From Ramazzottius varieornatus (taxonomy: Eukaryota; Animalia; Tardigrada), in assembly GCA_001949185.1 (NCBI GenBank), contig BDGG01000008.1, positions 434,001 to 498,000 of the forward strand: DNA of 64,000 nucleotides, written 5' to 3'. The notes under the pieces were generated by a model that was not told the DNA's origin, ran no database searches, and was given only the letters and a program-made list of their open reading frames with translations. The translations under genes and the position numbers were made by a program. Shown in pieces: positions 1 through 11,831 of this stretch. Numbering within the stretch: the stretch's first letter is position 1; the number at the start of each line of letters is the position of its first letter.

Positions 1-378
1 TCTTATACGACGTGGAGTGGATTACCGATGTCGCGAGTACTGCTAGCGGTTCTATCCGCTCAGGCTATTATATTCTTACTCGCTTTCCTGGCTTGTACGA
101 TAGTGGGCTTGATGGAGAGTACGACGGTACTGAAGAGTCTGCCCAAGGATTCGGTGTACGGGTTGGTGTTGGGCATTGTCGCGCTGCAGGCATTCTCTAT
201 AGCGCCTTCTGGCGTGTTAGCACTTTTTATAACAATACAGATTATTATAACTACTAGTCTTTTTGGCTACCTGTGCTGTGCAAGATGCTACCCCGTACCG
301 GTCTATGTCGACTGGGAGAAACAGTGTGCGGCAACGAAGCGGCTGGTCATATACAGAGGGGACGAGCTTTTCGATTGA
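1..378 (+). CDS. 3' end of a multi-pass membrane protein (5'-truncated by window edge)
   Basis: Frame is open from position 1 to TGA at 376-378. It has three hydrophobic segments and a juxtamembrane CC/C cluster, and AATAAA follows the stop directly. Confidence 0.6.
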   Translation, partial: SYTTWSGLPMSRVLLAVLSAQAIIFLLAFLACTIVGLMESTTVLKSLPKDSVYGLVLGIVALQAFSIAPSGVLALFITIQIIITTSLFGYLCCARCYPVPVYVDWEKQCAATKRLVIYRGDELFD

Positions 379-796
379 ATAAATGCTCGAACTATCAAAC
401 TGAAACTTGCTTGGCTTTGGGTACCTTGTTCGATTCTCAATTTCTCAGAATGCCAGAAGCTCACGAGGTGTAATTTATTCTAAATTATGCGCAGGTCCGA
501 GGGTGGTCTGCCGGCCGCCAAAGCGTTTCGAGGAACTGGTGCTTTTACTTCCCTTCAAGTTCGCTCGAGAGTGGTGATCAAACAGGTTTAGTTCCTCATT
601 GATAATATTTTGATAACCTAACCTTCGCGGCGGTTGCAAAAGCTGGCTTAGTGCTCTGTGCTGTTGCAAGGTCAGCTGTTTATTCCGGCAGTTGTTGCGG
701 GAGAGATCGAACAGTTCAGTGTTGCCATTCCGGGGGTCCGCTAAGGATATTCTATCGTACACGGGAAGCATCAATTATCCGCAAAACCCCATAAGA

Positions 797-1279
797 ATGT
801 ATTTCTCACGGGAACACTGCCGTAGGGAGAACTTCCTGGTTCTCTGCTACCCTGCCATGCTTTTAAGTGTGGTTTTTCTTCCTCCAGCTTATGGGGACAT
901 CCAGTCCACCTTAGCAATGGCAGCTCTGGCCTCGAAGCTTGGCGGGAACGATTCGGGAAACAGTGGAATGATGGGTCTGGCTGCCAAGCACCTTCTTGGG
1001 ATGAACAGCGGTAATAGCGGATCTGGCGGCATGCTATCGTCATTGGTGGGAGGGAATTCCAACTCGAATTCCGGGGGAGGTGGCGGCCTCATGAAGACTG
1101 CAATGGCAATGATGGGAGGGAACTCAAACAATAACAACAACGGCGGTAGCGGAGGAGGACTATTGAAATCGGCCATGGGGATGCTTACCGGAGTCAAAGA
1201 TACAACGACGACCCCTTCTCCCGGTATACTACAGAGACTTCTCGCGGGAGCAAGTGCCGGTTTGAGTGGTAAACGCTAA
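797..1279 (+). CDS. Secreted Gly/Asn/Ser/Met-rich low-complexity protein (alternative start 857)
   Basis: Signal-like LLSVVFLPPAYG|D, then short amphipathic blocks separated by G/S/N linkers. Ends ...GLSGKR*. Single exon. Confidence 0.7.
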   Translation: MYFSREHCRRENFLVLCYPAMLLSVVFLPPAYGDIQSTLAMAALASKLGGNDSGNSGMMGLAAKHLLGMNSGNSGSGGMLSSLVGGNSNSNSGGGGGLMKTAMAMMGGNSNNNNNGGSGGGLLKSAMGMLTGVKDTTTTPSPGILQRLLAGASAGLSGKR

Positions 1280-2113
1280 ACTATTATTTCATCTCTTGAA
1301 AGTGCCTCTTCGGCAAAACTTCTCTGACAGCCTCACCTGAAGCAAGTCCTCTGCGGTACTGATGTTAAAAAGCGACAGAGATCAGCGTTCTTTCGAAATC
1401 GGAATTATATACGAGATACTGTTCTTAGGGAAAACACTATCGGAACGAAACGCAGTTCAAATGCATCTGGCAAACGCGTAAGAGTTACCTTATAACATCT
1501 TCTCAATGACAAAAGCATCTTCGGATCGTTCCCTTCTGGAGGTCGTAGTTGTGAAGAATATTCCCAAAGTAAAGGAAAAGCTCCATCTTTGCAAGGTCCT
1601 CCCCAAGACAAGCGCGCTTTTCTAACAATATACAAGCCTTTTAGTATAGTTGTACACGTTCCGAAAAGAGCAGTCATACAAGCAAATACCTTTCAATCTA
1701 TCGCGACCCGAATCGCTTTCCAGAGCCGCAAAAGTTTAAGCCAGAGCGATATTTCGATGTCTAGGGAAACCTGTTCATTCCACCAGGCTTTCAATTCACT
1801 ACGAGTAACTCGCGACTTTCTTTGCATCGATTTGACTTGAGAGCGGTCAGTCTGAACCCAAAGCACCTTTATATCACCCAGCTCCCAGAAGCCATGAACA
1901 TTGAATGCTCCTATGCAGGTAATAAACAGGTTTATAACGATGAGCTAGGTAAAGGGTGAAGGGTAACCGTGGCGATTTCCACCGGTTGACGATAAACGTA
2001 TAAAAAGATGGCCAAAATAAGTTAGCAGAAATTAGAAAAGAACAATCAGCCTGCTTGTTAGGTCTTCTGCGGTCCATTCTGAGATTTGGCGGCTTGGTCA
2101 CCACCGCCTTTCT

Positions 2114-4735
2114 TCATATCGCTTTCTTCTTCCCACCTGTATCCTTCTTATCTTTCTTTCCAACGGCATCAGTATCCCCTCCTGCAAGCTTCAAAAGCTT
2201 CTTGATATCGAGCAAAGCAGCCACAGCTCGATCAATCTCCTCTTTCGCTGCTTTGTTGGCTTTCAGCTCTCGAACAATCTCACCCTGTAACACAGTTTGC
2301 GGACTGAACAGGAGCTCGGCAAACAAATTCGACCAGATCGTTTCCCCAGGTGACGAACCTTCTCAGTGGTACACCGTACTGACCGGAAGCGCCCGCCACT
2401 TGGGAAACGATATGGTTGAGTCGATTCAGTTTTGCTGACCGATTAGCTCGTACCTGTTGATCATGTTCCAGTTTGAGCTTCTCAAGGTCTTCCACAACCG
2501 CAGCTGCAGCTCCCTCCTGCGCCGGCTTCTTTCCCCTTCCAGCAAACCGCTTCCTCAACTCTTCAGCTTCGGCGTCTTCGATCTTTCTGAAGAGTGGAGC
2601 AGGAGTACCAATCTTGTGCCCACTTTGTAGTCTGCAAATAACGTACTCATGGAGGACATAGCATTCATCCGAGGCGTTCAGCTGTTCCTGGATGACTTTG
2701 CTGTAGTGTGGCATGAACGGTTTCAGCATGATGGACAGCTGGAGACATAGGTTGGTTGCCAATCCAATGATGGTTCCACCCCTCACTTTCTCCTCCGCGC
2801 TTCCCTTCACCAGAACCCACGGCATAGCTGACTGCATCATCTGATTCCCTAGTCGCGAAACACTCAGCACACTCCGCAGAGCTTCACGAAGCCGAACATG
2901 CTCCATATGATCCAAGTACTCAGTAATTTCTGTATGAACACTGGACAGGAAGTACAAATCTTCCTGATTTAGTTTCATTTCTGGTACGACTCCACCAAAA
3001 TTTTTATCGAGAAAACTCAAAGCGCGATTCACGAAGTTTCCCAAGTTGTTTAGTAGCTCAGTGTTGTTCTTGAGAACCAAGTCGGTCCAAGAAAAGACTG
3101 TGTCTTGGTTTTCTGGTCGGACGAAGAGAAGGTAGAACCGGTAGATGTCTGCCTCGATGCCAGTTGTCTGGGCGTCGTTCCCGAAAACTCCGACGCCTCG
3201 GCTCTTGGAAAACTTGTCATCTTCATAGTTTAGGTATTCTGTCGCGCTAATGCTAGTCACAACGGTGAAGTTGTCGTCTGCACCCAGAAGCATGGAAGGA
3301 AAAACTGCAGCGTGGAACGTCACGTTATCTTTTCCGAGGAAATTAAAATATTCCACCTAAAAATAGAATGCAAGACTTCACAGACGCTTTTGCATTTCGG
3401 AGCTCGGAAAAAAACTCGGCAGGACTGATTTCCCAACTGGCGCTTTCGGTGTTACTGGCTGACAATTTGAAGCTCTGAAAACCGGTCTTGTCGAGCTTGT
3501 TGAGCCTCATTTTTAACAGTGAGTTTCAACCGTACCTGTTTCGGATGTTTCCACCATTTCTCCCAGTGTTCAGGTGTGTACCCCGCTGTGATGGAGATGT
3601 AGCCAATCGGCGCGTCGAACCAAACGTAGAAGACTTTGGACGTATAGCCTTCAAGCGGGACCGGAACACCCCAAGTGAGATCGCGGCTGATGCAACGAGG
3701 CTTCAGTCCGTCACGAAGCCATGCTTGGACGATGCCTTTCGCGTTGTTCGTCCATATTCCTTTCTCGAAGACACTTTTCAGATGGGCTTCCAGACTTGGT
3801 TGTAGGGTTGGTAGATCGAGAAACAAATGATTGGACGTCTTCTCCGTCGGAGAGGACTTGCAAATCTGGCACTTCGGAGTGATTAGCTCAATGGCGTTGA
3901 TAAGCTTCCCGCATTTGTCGCACTGGTCTCCTCGACAGCCATCCGCACCGCAGTAGGGACACATCCCCTCGACATACCGGTCTGCCAAGAAGCGGCTGCA
4001 AGAATCTGTAATCGAGAGAAGTGGTTACGATTCAGATACACTCCAGCAGTAGACTACGATTATTTCCGCATCTCAACATTGGCAAATCGGCCACCCCAAA
4101 CATCACCAGCGTGACGTCATCATACAATGCGATACAATGGAGTGGCCGAGTTATTGCATCTGCCCCTAGGGTATCAGATGTGCATTAACGAGCCTACCGC
4201 AGAATAACTGTTTGACGCTTTCTTCCAACATCAATCCCTTCTTCTGGAGCTTCCAAAATATATCCTGACAAATTTTCGTCTGATCTTCCGTGCTTGTTCT
4301 GCCGAACGTGTCGAAGTCGATGTTAAACCACTGGTAGATTTCTTTATGAATGGCATTGTACTTGTCGCAAATCTGTTTCGGCGTCAGGCCTTCTTCCAGC
4401 GCTTTCGTTTCCGTCGCCGTTCCATATTCGTCCGTACCGCAGACGTACAGCGAGTTGTATCCCCTTAATCTACAAAACCTTGAAAACACATCGGCGCTCA
4501 GGACACATCCGATGATATTTCCCAGATGAGGAACATTGTTAACATAAGGTAGTGCGCTGCTTATGAGGATGTTCCGGGCCCCTTCCTTTGGCAGTACTGG
4601 ATGAGAACGCTGAACTGGTGGACTCTGTGCCGCACCGGAAAGCCATTGCTCCTGTGTTGTAGCCAACTCCTCCGCAGAAAACTGCTGGCCTTGGGTCGTC
4701 CTTTTCTCTTCGCCGCTCTCCACACCTGAAGACAT
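2114..4735 (-). CDS. MARS1: Cytosolic methionyl-tRNA synthetase, 4 exons, C-terminal WHEP domain
   Basis: [17 protein letters not shown] (HIGH-type), CGTDEYGT, Zn-knuckle [31 protein letters not shown], and [33 protein letters not shown]. Exons about 4735-4197, 3997-3535, 3356-2453, 2285-2114. Confidence 0.96.
2311..2440. mobile_element. Palindromic intronic element copy (MetRS intron)
   Basis: GGAGCTCGGCAAACAAATTCGAC..TTTCCCCAGGTG...CGCCACTTGGGAAA; degenerate core. Confidence 0.65.
3399..3508. mobile_element. Palindromic intronic element copy (MetRS intron), degenerate
   Basis: GGAGCTCGGAAAAAAACTCG..TTTCCCAACTGGCGC..TCTTGTCGAGCTTGTTGAGCCTC. Confidence 0.55.
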
Positions 4736-5454
4736 CGCTACTTCTCGACACTTTCAAAGCCTTCCCCAGATCAAATTGTTAGTCCACTTCTTTTGGCAAT
4801 GAGCTCCGCGCTCGACCCACAGCAGCGAGAGGAGCACGTAGACGTAGAAACAGGGCCGAGACGGCGGAGGTGAACCTGAATGGGCAGACTGGACGAAAAT
4901 TACTGTAATGCTTCGTGAACTTCCCGAAACGACGTCACAATGTGCTTTAAGTTTACTTGACGTCATGCGCGAAGTTCATGAAGCACTACAGTACAGTAGA
5001 TTTTGATGTCGTCTGACAGGGTATGACATCGGTCACATCACCGGCCTGTAAGACCCAACAATCAAGTTGTTTCAATCAATCTGATGAAGCGACAACGCTA
5101 CTGTTGCTGTCATGTCATATTACCTTCGCATCACTGACTGTTCAATTGTAGGCTGTAGAGTACGTGGACCTGTGGTCATCGCTTCCGCCTTTCTTTCGGT
5201 TCTTCTCTCGTGCCTTTTTATCCAGCGCTACTCCAACGTAATCTTGAAAGCGGAGCATCGGATCCGTAAACATAATGGATGCTTCTGATTTCTTCGTGTG
5301 CGATTAGAATAAACAGCGAGGTCATCGCAGAGGTGGATTCGTTAGAGAAAAGGTCGCAATTCATGCTGGATTCTCCAACCACAGCTCCACGTGAGGAAAC
5401 TGGGACCCCCTCAGATTACTAAGCATATTATTCCCAACGACGGAATCATATGGT

Positions 5455-6316
5455 TCAAGGTTCTTCATTTTTAACACCCGAATCAACTATCGGTTTTTCT
5501 TTCACACCAGACGATTCTAACAGAAACGAGATATTTCTGTCGGACTTCGAAAGACCAGATATCGTAGGTTTATAGAACGCTTTGAGCGCTGTAAGAACTT
5601 GTTGCTGGAGTTCGCCCTGCAAGAAAAAGATGGTAACGCAAGACACGTGGTAATTTGTCTCGTTTTATAGCGGCACTTTTGTTCAGAGCGGAGACGATAG
5701 TTACCATTCTAGCCTTCATGTCTTCGCGTCCAAGTATCAACACCTTCAGGGAATCACCTTTCCGTAACCATGCTTCACCCTGCCTCAGCTTAGTCCTGAC
5801 ATCATTCTCGGATGCAGTACATGTGAGCTGAAGAATCTTTTGGGCAACTTGCTTCGTCTCTTTGCGTAATTCATGGTCCTTCTTCTGTATCTCAAAGAGC
5901 TCCGTCCCCGACAGTAGTCTGTAGATGGGATGTACGGAGTTTCTTTGGATGGATTCCTGTAACGCAGGATACTGCTCGACCGGTACTATCCGCATTCCTC
6001 TCTTCTTGGCCAACTCTTGTGCTTGTCCTTTGGTGTATATTCCCATGTCTTCTCCGTCATGCCCTATCACAATCACCTTCAGGTCCAAAGGTTTGGTTTT
6101 GACAGGCAACTCATCTTGCAGGATGTTCTTCTTTCTCCAGCTTTCAGTAGAAGTATGGAGAGCACTGATCAGTGAAGGCGGATGCGGAGGCCAGTCGTGC
6201 CGTAATGTGAGCTGGTTCAGATAAAGCATCAGATTTTCATTGCTTCTGTTGCATGGTCGACATTGTCCCAGCCTAAGTAATGGTAATAGTCGCGACGGAT
6301 TCCTCCTACAGTCCAT
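5455..6316 (-). CDS. MTIF3: Mitochondrial translation initiation factor IF-3, 2 exons (6316-5705, 5616-5455)
   Basis: Arg/Leu-rich presequence; IF3-N-like VIVIGHDGEDMGIYTKGQAQELAKKRGMRIV; IF3-C-like KILQLT..SENDVRTKLRQGEAWLRKGDSLKV; GT-AG intron 5704-5617. Confidence 0.8.
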
Positions 6317-6889
6317 GCCGCACAACGATGGCTTTCTGTACCTAAAACATACACAACCTACAGTAGATTACTTGGAGTAGAAGAACAGGAAGATTTCGTC
6401 CGGAATTGTGGGCATCGAATTCACGAATTGTAGCTTCGTTATCTCGGAACTTCCGTTCGAACCTTGGCAAGAGAAAATGTAAGAGAGGTCACCTGACCCG
6501 GTAAAACCCTCGATGTCTCTGAGGGTAGTTGGCTGAAGCGTGAAGGCACTGAGGGGAAAAAGTCTGAAATTTGTTGGTGTTGATCGCTTGATTTTTCCTC
6601 CATTGCAGTAAAACATGGGCTGTAGTTTTTCAGACAAGGGAGAACCCTTGTGCCGCAGCCCCACAGTTTGTTAGTTCGTTTCGTTAATTAAGCGAACCAC
6701 TTACCTAGTTCTGACTGAATCTTTCTTTGATTATTCCGAAGGCTTCTCATGCTCTGATCTGGGAGTGCGGATGGTACCGATGTGTGGTCGATCCGTGGTA
6801 CATACTCTGCTATCGTACGAGCGACGGGATCGAGTGGATATGAGCGGAAGGAACGGAAAGGCGCGACTCAGGAGCGACCAGCGGACGAC

Positions 6890-8578
6890 ATGGACGTCGC
6901 GGACTTTCTCAACTACCCAAGTTACCTCGATGATGACTACGAGGATGAGGACGATAGTGGACCGCACGAAGCTGAGGAAGATCTGGAACACTTCATACAA
7001 GACGTTGAAATTGCCCCCGACATCGCGGATGCTTACGATGTGGGTGATATGACAGCTTTCGAGTTATGGACAGACTGTACCAGTGCCGTTGTCGATCAAA
7101 CCGTCAAAAGCGTACAGTCTTCGGTTATGATCGTATTCTTCCTTCTCCTGATGCACTTATTGCTTCCTCGTACGTTTGTATCACCAAGTTAACGCTTTAT
7201 ACCCCGATGGATTACGATACGATTTGTATGGCCATTCGGTTTGCAGGGCGCGCTTCATGGCGAAACTCTGTAGTACACCTGTTGGTCGCCGGGAGTGGGT
7301 ACAGCAGTATGGTACGTTACTTTCATCGCCTACATCGTGTCGGCTTGACCTCCACGTTCGTCTTATTTGTTTCACTGGGATGGTTGCTGCTGATGGCTCT
7401 TCGGTCCATTGTCGGTGGTCGAGTGAGAGGCTTCATCTGCTCTGCAGTCGCAACGGTAGTCCTTTTCCTGTGTGACCGTGTGACGGATCCTACTACCACT
7501 CACGAATTGCGAGGTGTACAGATGATTTTCCTCATGAAGCTGATGTCTCTGACTTTCGACAACTATCGTCCTCTGGCAACCTTCGAAGGCATCACAGAAT
7601 ATTTTGCGTATGTTCTGCTTCCGGCGAACTCGATCTTCGGCCCGTGGATCTCTCTTGCAGAGTACCGAAAGTGGTGTCAGTCCGATGTTAGAGGTTTTTT
7701 CTTCTTCGTAACACAACTGTGGAGCCACTTTCGGTCCTGTGGTGTGGCTCTCTTCTTCTTACTGAGTTCTGCCTGTTTTGCTGAGTGGATCATTCCAGAG
7801 GCGATGTCCAGCCGATGGATGATCGCGTACAGATCCGCTATCAGTTTCCGGTTTTCTCATTATTTTGCCTGTTATCTGTCAGAGTCTCTGATGGCTCTAG
7901 GTGGCTTCCAGGATGTGATGGTAACGAAGCCGCTGAAGATTGAACTGCCTCGATCACTGGTGGATGTTGTCAAGTACTGGAATATCCCAATGCGAAACTG
8001 GCTACGGGAGTACGTCTTTGTCAATGTCAAACATGTCGCAGGTGTCCCGCTCGCGCTCTTCGCCACGTACGCTGCCAGTTCCCTACTTCACGTACGTTTC
8101 TCGAAACCATATACTAAGTATGCACAAACGACTTTGCGAAATAATATTTTGCGTTTCAGGGTTTCAATTTTCAGCTGTCGGCAGTGCTTCTAAGCCTTGC
8201 CTTCTTCACGTATGTCGAACACGAGCTGCGCCGGAAGCTGGCTCTTCACTTGGACGCCTGCATCGAAGCGCGAGCTTGCCGCGACTGCAACCATCGGTAC
8301 AGAGCGAGCCACCCGTATGTCTTCCTGACGAACCTTGCATTTGGACTGCTGGCGATGGTCAACCTGGCATATTTGGGCGATGTGTTCGACTCCAGCAGCA
8401 ATGCCGAAGCAGTATATACGGTTTCATGCAGTTTTAGATGCTTACATACCCGTTATTTTATTTTAATCTGTGATTGCAGGGTTACGATTACCTGCACACC
8501 TTGACCAAATGGAGTCAGCTCCAGTTCGCTGGACATTACATCATGACGGTATGTTACGGAATACAACTATTACTATGA
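6890..8578 (+). CDS. PORCN: Porcupine Wnt O-palmitoleoyltransferase (MBOAT), about 4 exons
   Basis: ELRGVQMIFLMKLMSL, IFGPWIS, FRFSHYF, IELPRSLVDVVKYWNIPMRNWLREYVF, and spliced SSLLH|GFNFQLSAVLLSL with the catalytic His; acidic N-terminus. Confidence 0.92.
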
Positions 8579-8771
8579 TCTGTCTCTAGAATCTTGTCAG
8601 TTTTTTACACATGTTGTCTTTCATTTTTAATCGAGATTTATTGCTCATTTTATCGATGGATTTTTTAACGGATTTTTTTGTTCTTTGTTGTTGTACAGAA
8701 TTGCACAGTATGAATTTATAACACAGTGGGGGTGAGTCAAAACGGTCCGTCGATCGTCAAATTGACCGCCG

Positions 8772-11700
8772 TTACAACCGCGTTTTATCTTCGATCCATT
8801 TTGCGACAGATCTTACACGAGAGTAGACGGTGGGTATTCTGACTTCCTGGTCAGCAGAATTCCGCACAACGTTCGAACCGCAGGGCAAACTGCAAAGGAG
8901 AGTAGAATAACGTATCGTTAATACGAGTCAACGGACTAATGTATCTCCACATCAACAGAATAAACTCACCCCCAACTTGAAAGGCCAACAAGAGTATAGA
9001 CTTCAGCTTCCGAATGCAGTTTGCATGCCAACGGCGAACCACCATCCAGATCGCATGTGTCGGTTATCTTGTTTGGGTCTTCGCCAATGGCGCAAAGCAT
9101 TGAATCGTCCACAAAAAACGTACTCGGTATCATGGAAGATGTATGCATGCGGTTCGAGCATTTCGGGTCCGCTGTCGATTCCGGGATTACGCTAACTCTG
9201 CCGATATTCAACGGACCAACATCAGCCGGACTTTTTCCCGCTAAATCAGACGAACGTGAAGGCTTTCGGAAACATTTATTCTAGCATAAAGTTTGTATAC
9301 TCGACCGTACCTTCGGTCGTTCCGTAACCGGTGACGATGCATTCCAGTGTGCCACTGGCTTCCGGGTTCTCCAAGGGTTTACTGGTGTCTGGTATACAGA
9401 CCCGACACGTGCAGTTGCTGTTGGTGATAGGTGAGCTAAGCTTAATGACGGCGAAGTCGAAGACCAGGGTTCGTGGGTCGTAGTTGTCGTTAAAGATGAC
9501 ATCGGAGACCTGGAAAGTCTCTGTGCAGCGTCCCGGCTTCTTCAGGTCGGAAGTGCCGGTTATTACAGTTACTTGCTTTAGGTTCTCCACATCGTTTAGG
9601 CTATAACCCGAACCACCCACATTAATGTTGTACGCAAAAGAACGACAGAATTACAATATTTTACGAACCAATGACCCGCTGTAACAACAAAGCGAGAGTT
9701 GATAGCGGCGCCTCCGCAAACGTATTTCCCGTCGACCATAATCGCGACCTGAAACAGAGTTCGAAGACTTATCAGGGGTTCCAGTATGACTTGACCGTTT
9801 TCTTCACGTCGCACTTTGAAATTTTTTCTGCAAAGTGAGTTGAGATATCACTCCGATTCTTTTTCTGCAGTTCAGTTCTAAGTTTTTTCCTCCAGATCTG
9901 CTTCTGAATACTTGGATCTGTTGCGGCTGAAGCTCAGAAAAAATAGTTATATCGACGCCAAAATTTTGAAAATATTTTGATTTAAAATGAAACTATTTTT
10001 CTTGTCCAAGCCTCAGCCTTCAAAAATCTGCTAAATACGGCAAACAGAGCACGATACTCGGTGCTCTCAAAATCCCGGTCAGAGCTTTTGCGAAACATTT
10101 TGGTTGAAAAGATATCCAGGCGGAAAGTATGATGAAATCCGCACATGGAAGGCGGGTTCTCCTAAAGTCACGGAGACTCCGATCCAGACTTGGTACCCCA
10201 AACTTCTAGATATCGATATGCGGAGCCTATCTTTTGACACCACAGCCGACAGCCTTCAATAGGTCAGGAAGAAAAACAAGTTTTAACTAATTAACCTCAC
10301 CCGGGTGGGTTTTATCGGGGGAATTTTCGAAAATTGGTTTTTTACAAACTGTACGAGTACGCAATCAAAAGGTTTTTAGACTTGATTTCGCGATAGTGAC
10401 TCCGAGATTCCGAAATACTGAATCATCTCTCTTGCAAGACTATTTTGATCCAGAAAATAACACAGAGAAGAAGAGGTAAGCAAAAACTTCTCGCGACTTC
10501 TTACGCCCCAGCTATCTAATCGCAGTATAATCGGAAGGAATCCGCTTGTGTACGAAAAAACTCAGAGAGCCTATATATGGTTCACAATATTTTTCGAAAT
10601 CAAAAAGTCCAACGGCGAAGACAGAAAAAAGTTTGAAAGCTACCCCACAAAATAACGAACAAGTCATATTGAAACCCCTGATACATTCTGCGAAATTGAC
10701 GGAAGTCTGCTCAACAATGTTTCATTACCTGCCAGCAAATTTCAGTCTGAAAAGCTTCAAGACCGCCCAGGATGCGCATAGGAACAGTGTCAAAGTTTTC
10801 CTCATCGGCAATACGCTGTAGCTCCCTCTGCGCCAGTTCAGGAGTTCTTCGTAATCCGCAGGGTACTTGGTCGAACGGAGTGTCTATGTGATCGTCCGCA
10901 GACAACTTGAAACAGCAAACTTCACTGTCCTGACAATCGCTCGACTTCAGCGTTCTAAAGTTCGAACAGCGGCGTTTGATAACCACGTCAAAGACGTTCG
11001 AACAGAAGCCGTTACTGGTTTGGTCATTCTTGGTGGACACACAGGTCTTTGCATCCGCAGGTACAATTCCAGACTCATCCACGTTGATTTTGTTGGTGTT
11101 CACCGCGGCGTTTCCAGATGGTATGATAACGTTGCCGGAAGATACTCCGGGAAGACGATCAGTGGGAACGTTCAACTCATCTTCTAGCGGGAATCTGTCC
11201 GCGCTTAGTGTGAATACATTAGCGGGGCCTCTTGGGTCTCCGCTTTGTTGTGACGGCGGCCTTTGTTGTTGTGGCGGCGGTGGCGGAGGACGTCCGAAAT
11301 TATTATTATTGTTGTTGTTGAACTGGTTGAAGTTATTTGGCCTGCCATTGAAATTAGGCCTGCCGAAACCGCCGAATTGCCGCGCTTCTAAAAATAAGAA
11401 ATGGTTTCGTAAAAACAAACGGCAACTCAGCGAACGAATTCGACAAGATTGATGTCCTGAGTGGTGCACGTTTTCCAATCGTCAGCTGGAGTAGTGCGCC
11501 ACTTCCAAAGGCGATCTCGCTGAATTCGTTTACTGAGCTGCCAAATAATGAACAGTTATAAACGAACTTACAAAACGTGGCGAAAGAAATATGCATATTC
11601 AGCAAAAAAATGTAGAAATCTGGATTGAGCAAGTAGACTAATAAATAAATAGTCTATCAACGGGGATCTTCAAACAAATCGAACAAGACTTGTTCGGAAC

Positions 11701-11831
11701 AAGTGAAAGTGAAATGATTGGGACTAACCTAGCAGATTAGCTCTTAATTCCAAAAACTGGGGAAGAAGGCCATCTATTCCGGTCGCCAACTGAACGGCGA
11801 CATAAAGTGAAACCAGCAGTAATTTGAGCAT
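8772..11831 (-). CDS. Secreted clip-domain serine protease homolog (non-catalytic), about 6 exons
   Basis: Signal peptide MLKLLLVSLYVAVQLATG; N/P/Q-rich segment; clip-like C..C..C..C..CC; RILGG; CGGAAINSRFVVTAGHC; DFAVIKL. DTCDLDGGSPL has Gly in place of the catalytic Ser. Last exon ends PTVYSRVRSVAKWIEDKTRL*. Confidence 0.85.
11421..11542. mobile_element. Palindromic intronic element copy (protease-homolog intron 1)
   Basis: Outer arms GGCAACTCAGCGAACGAATTC / GAATTCGTTTACTGAGCTGCC; core GAGTGGTGCAC-N24-GTGCGCCACTT. Confidence 0.8.
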
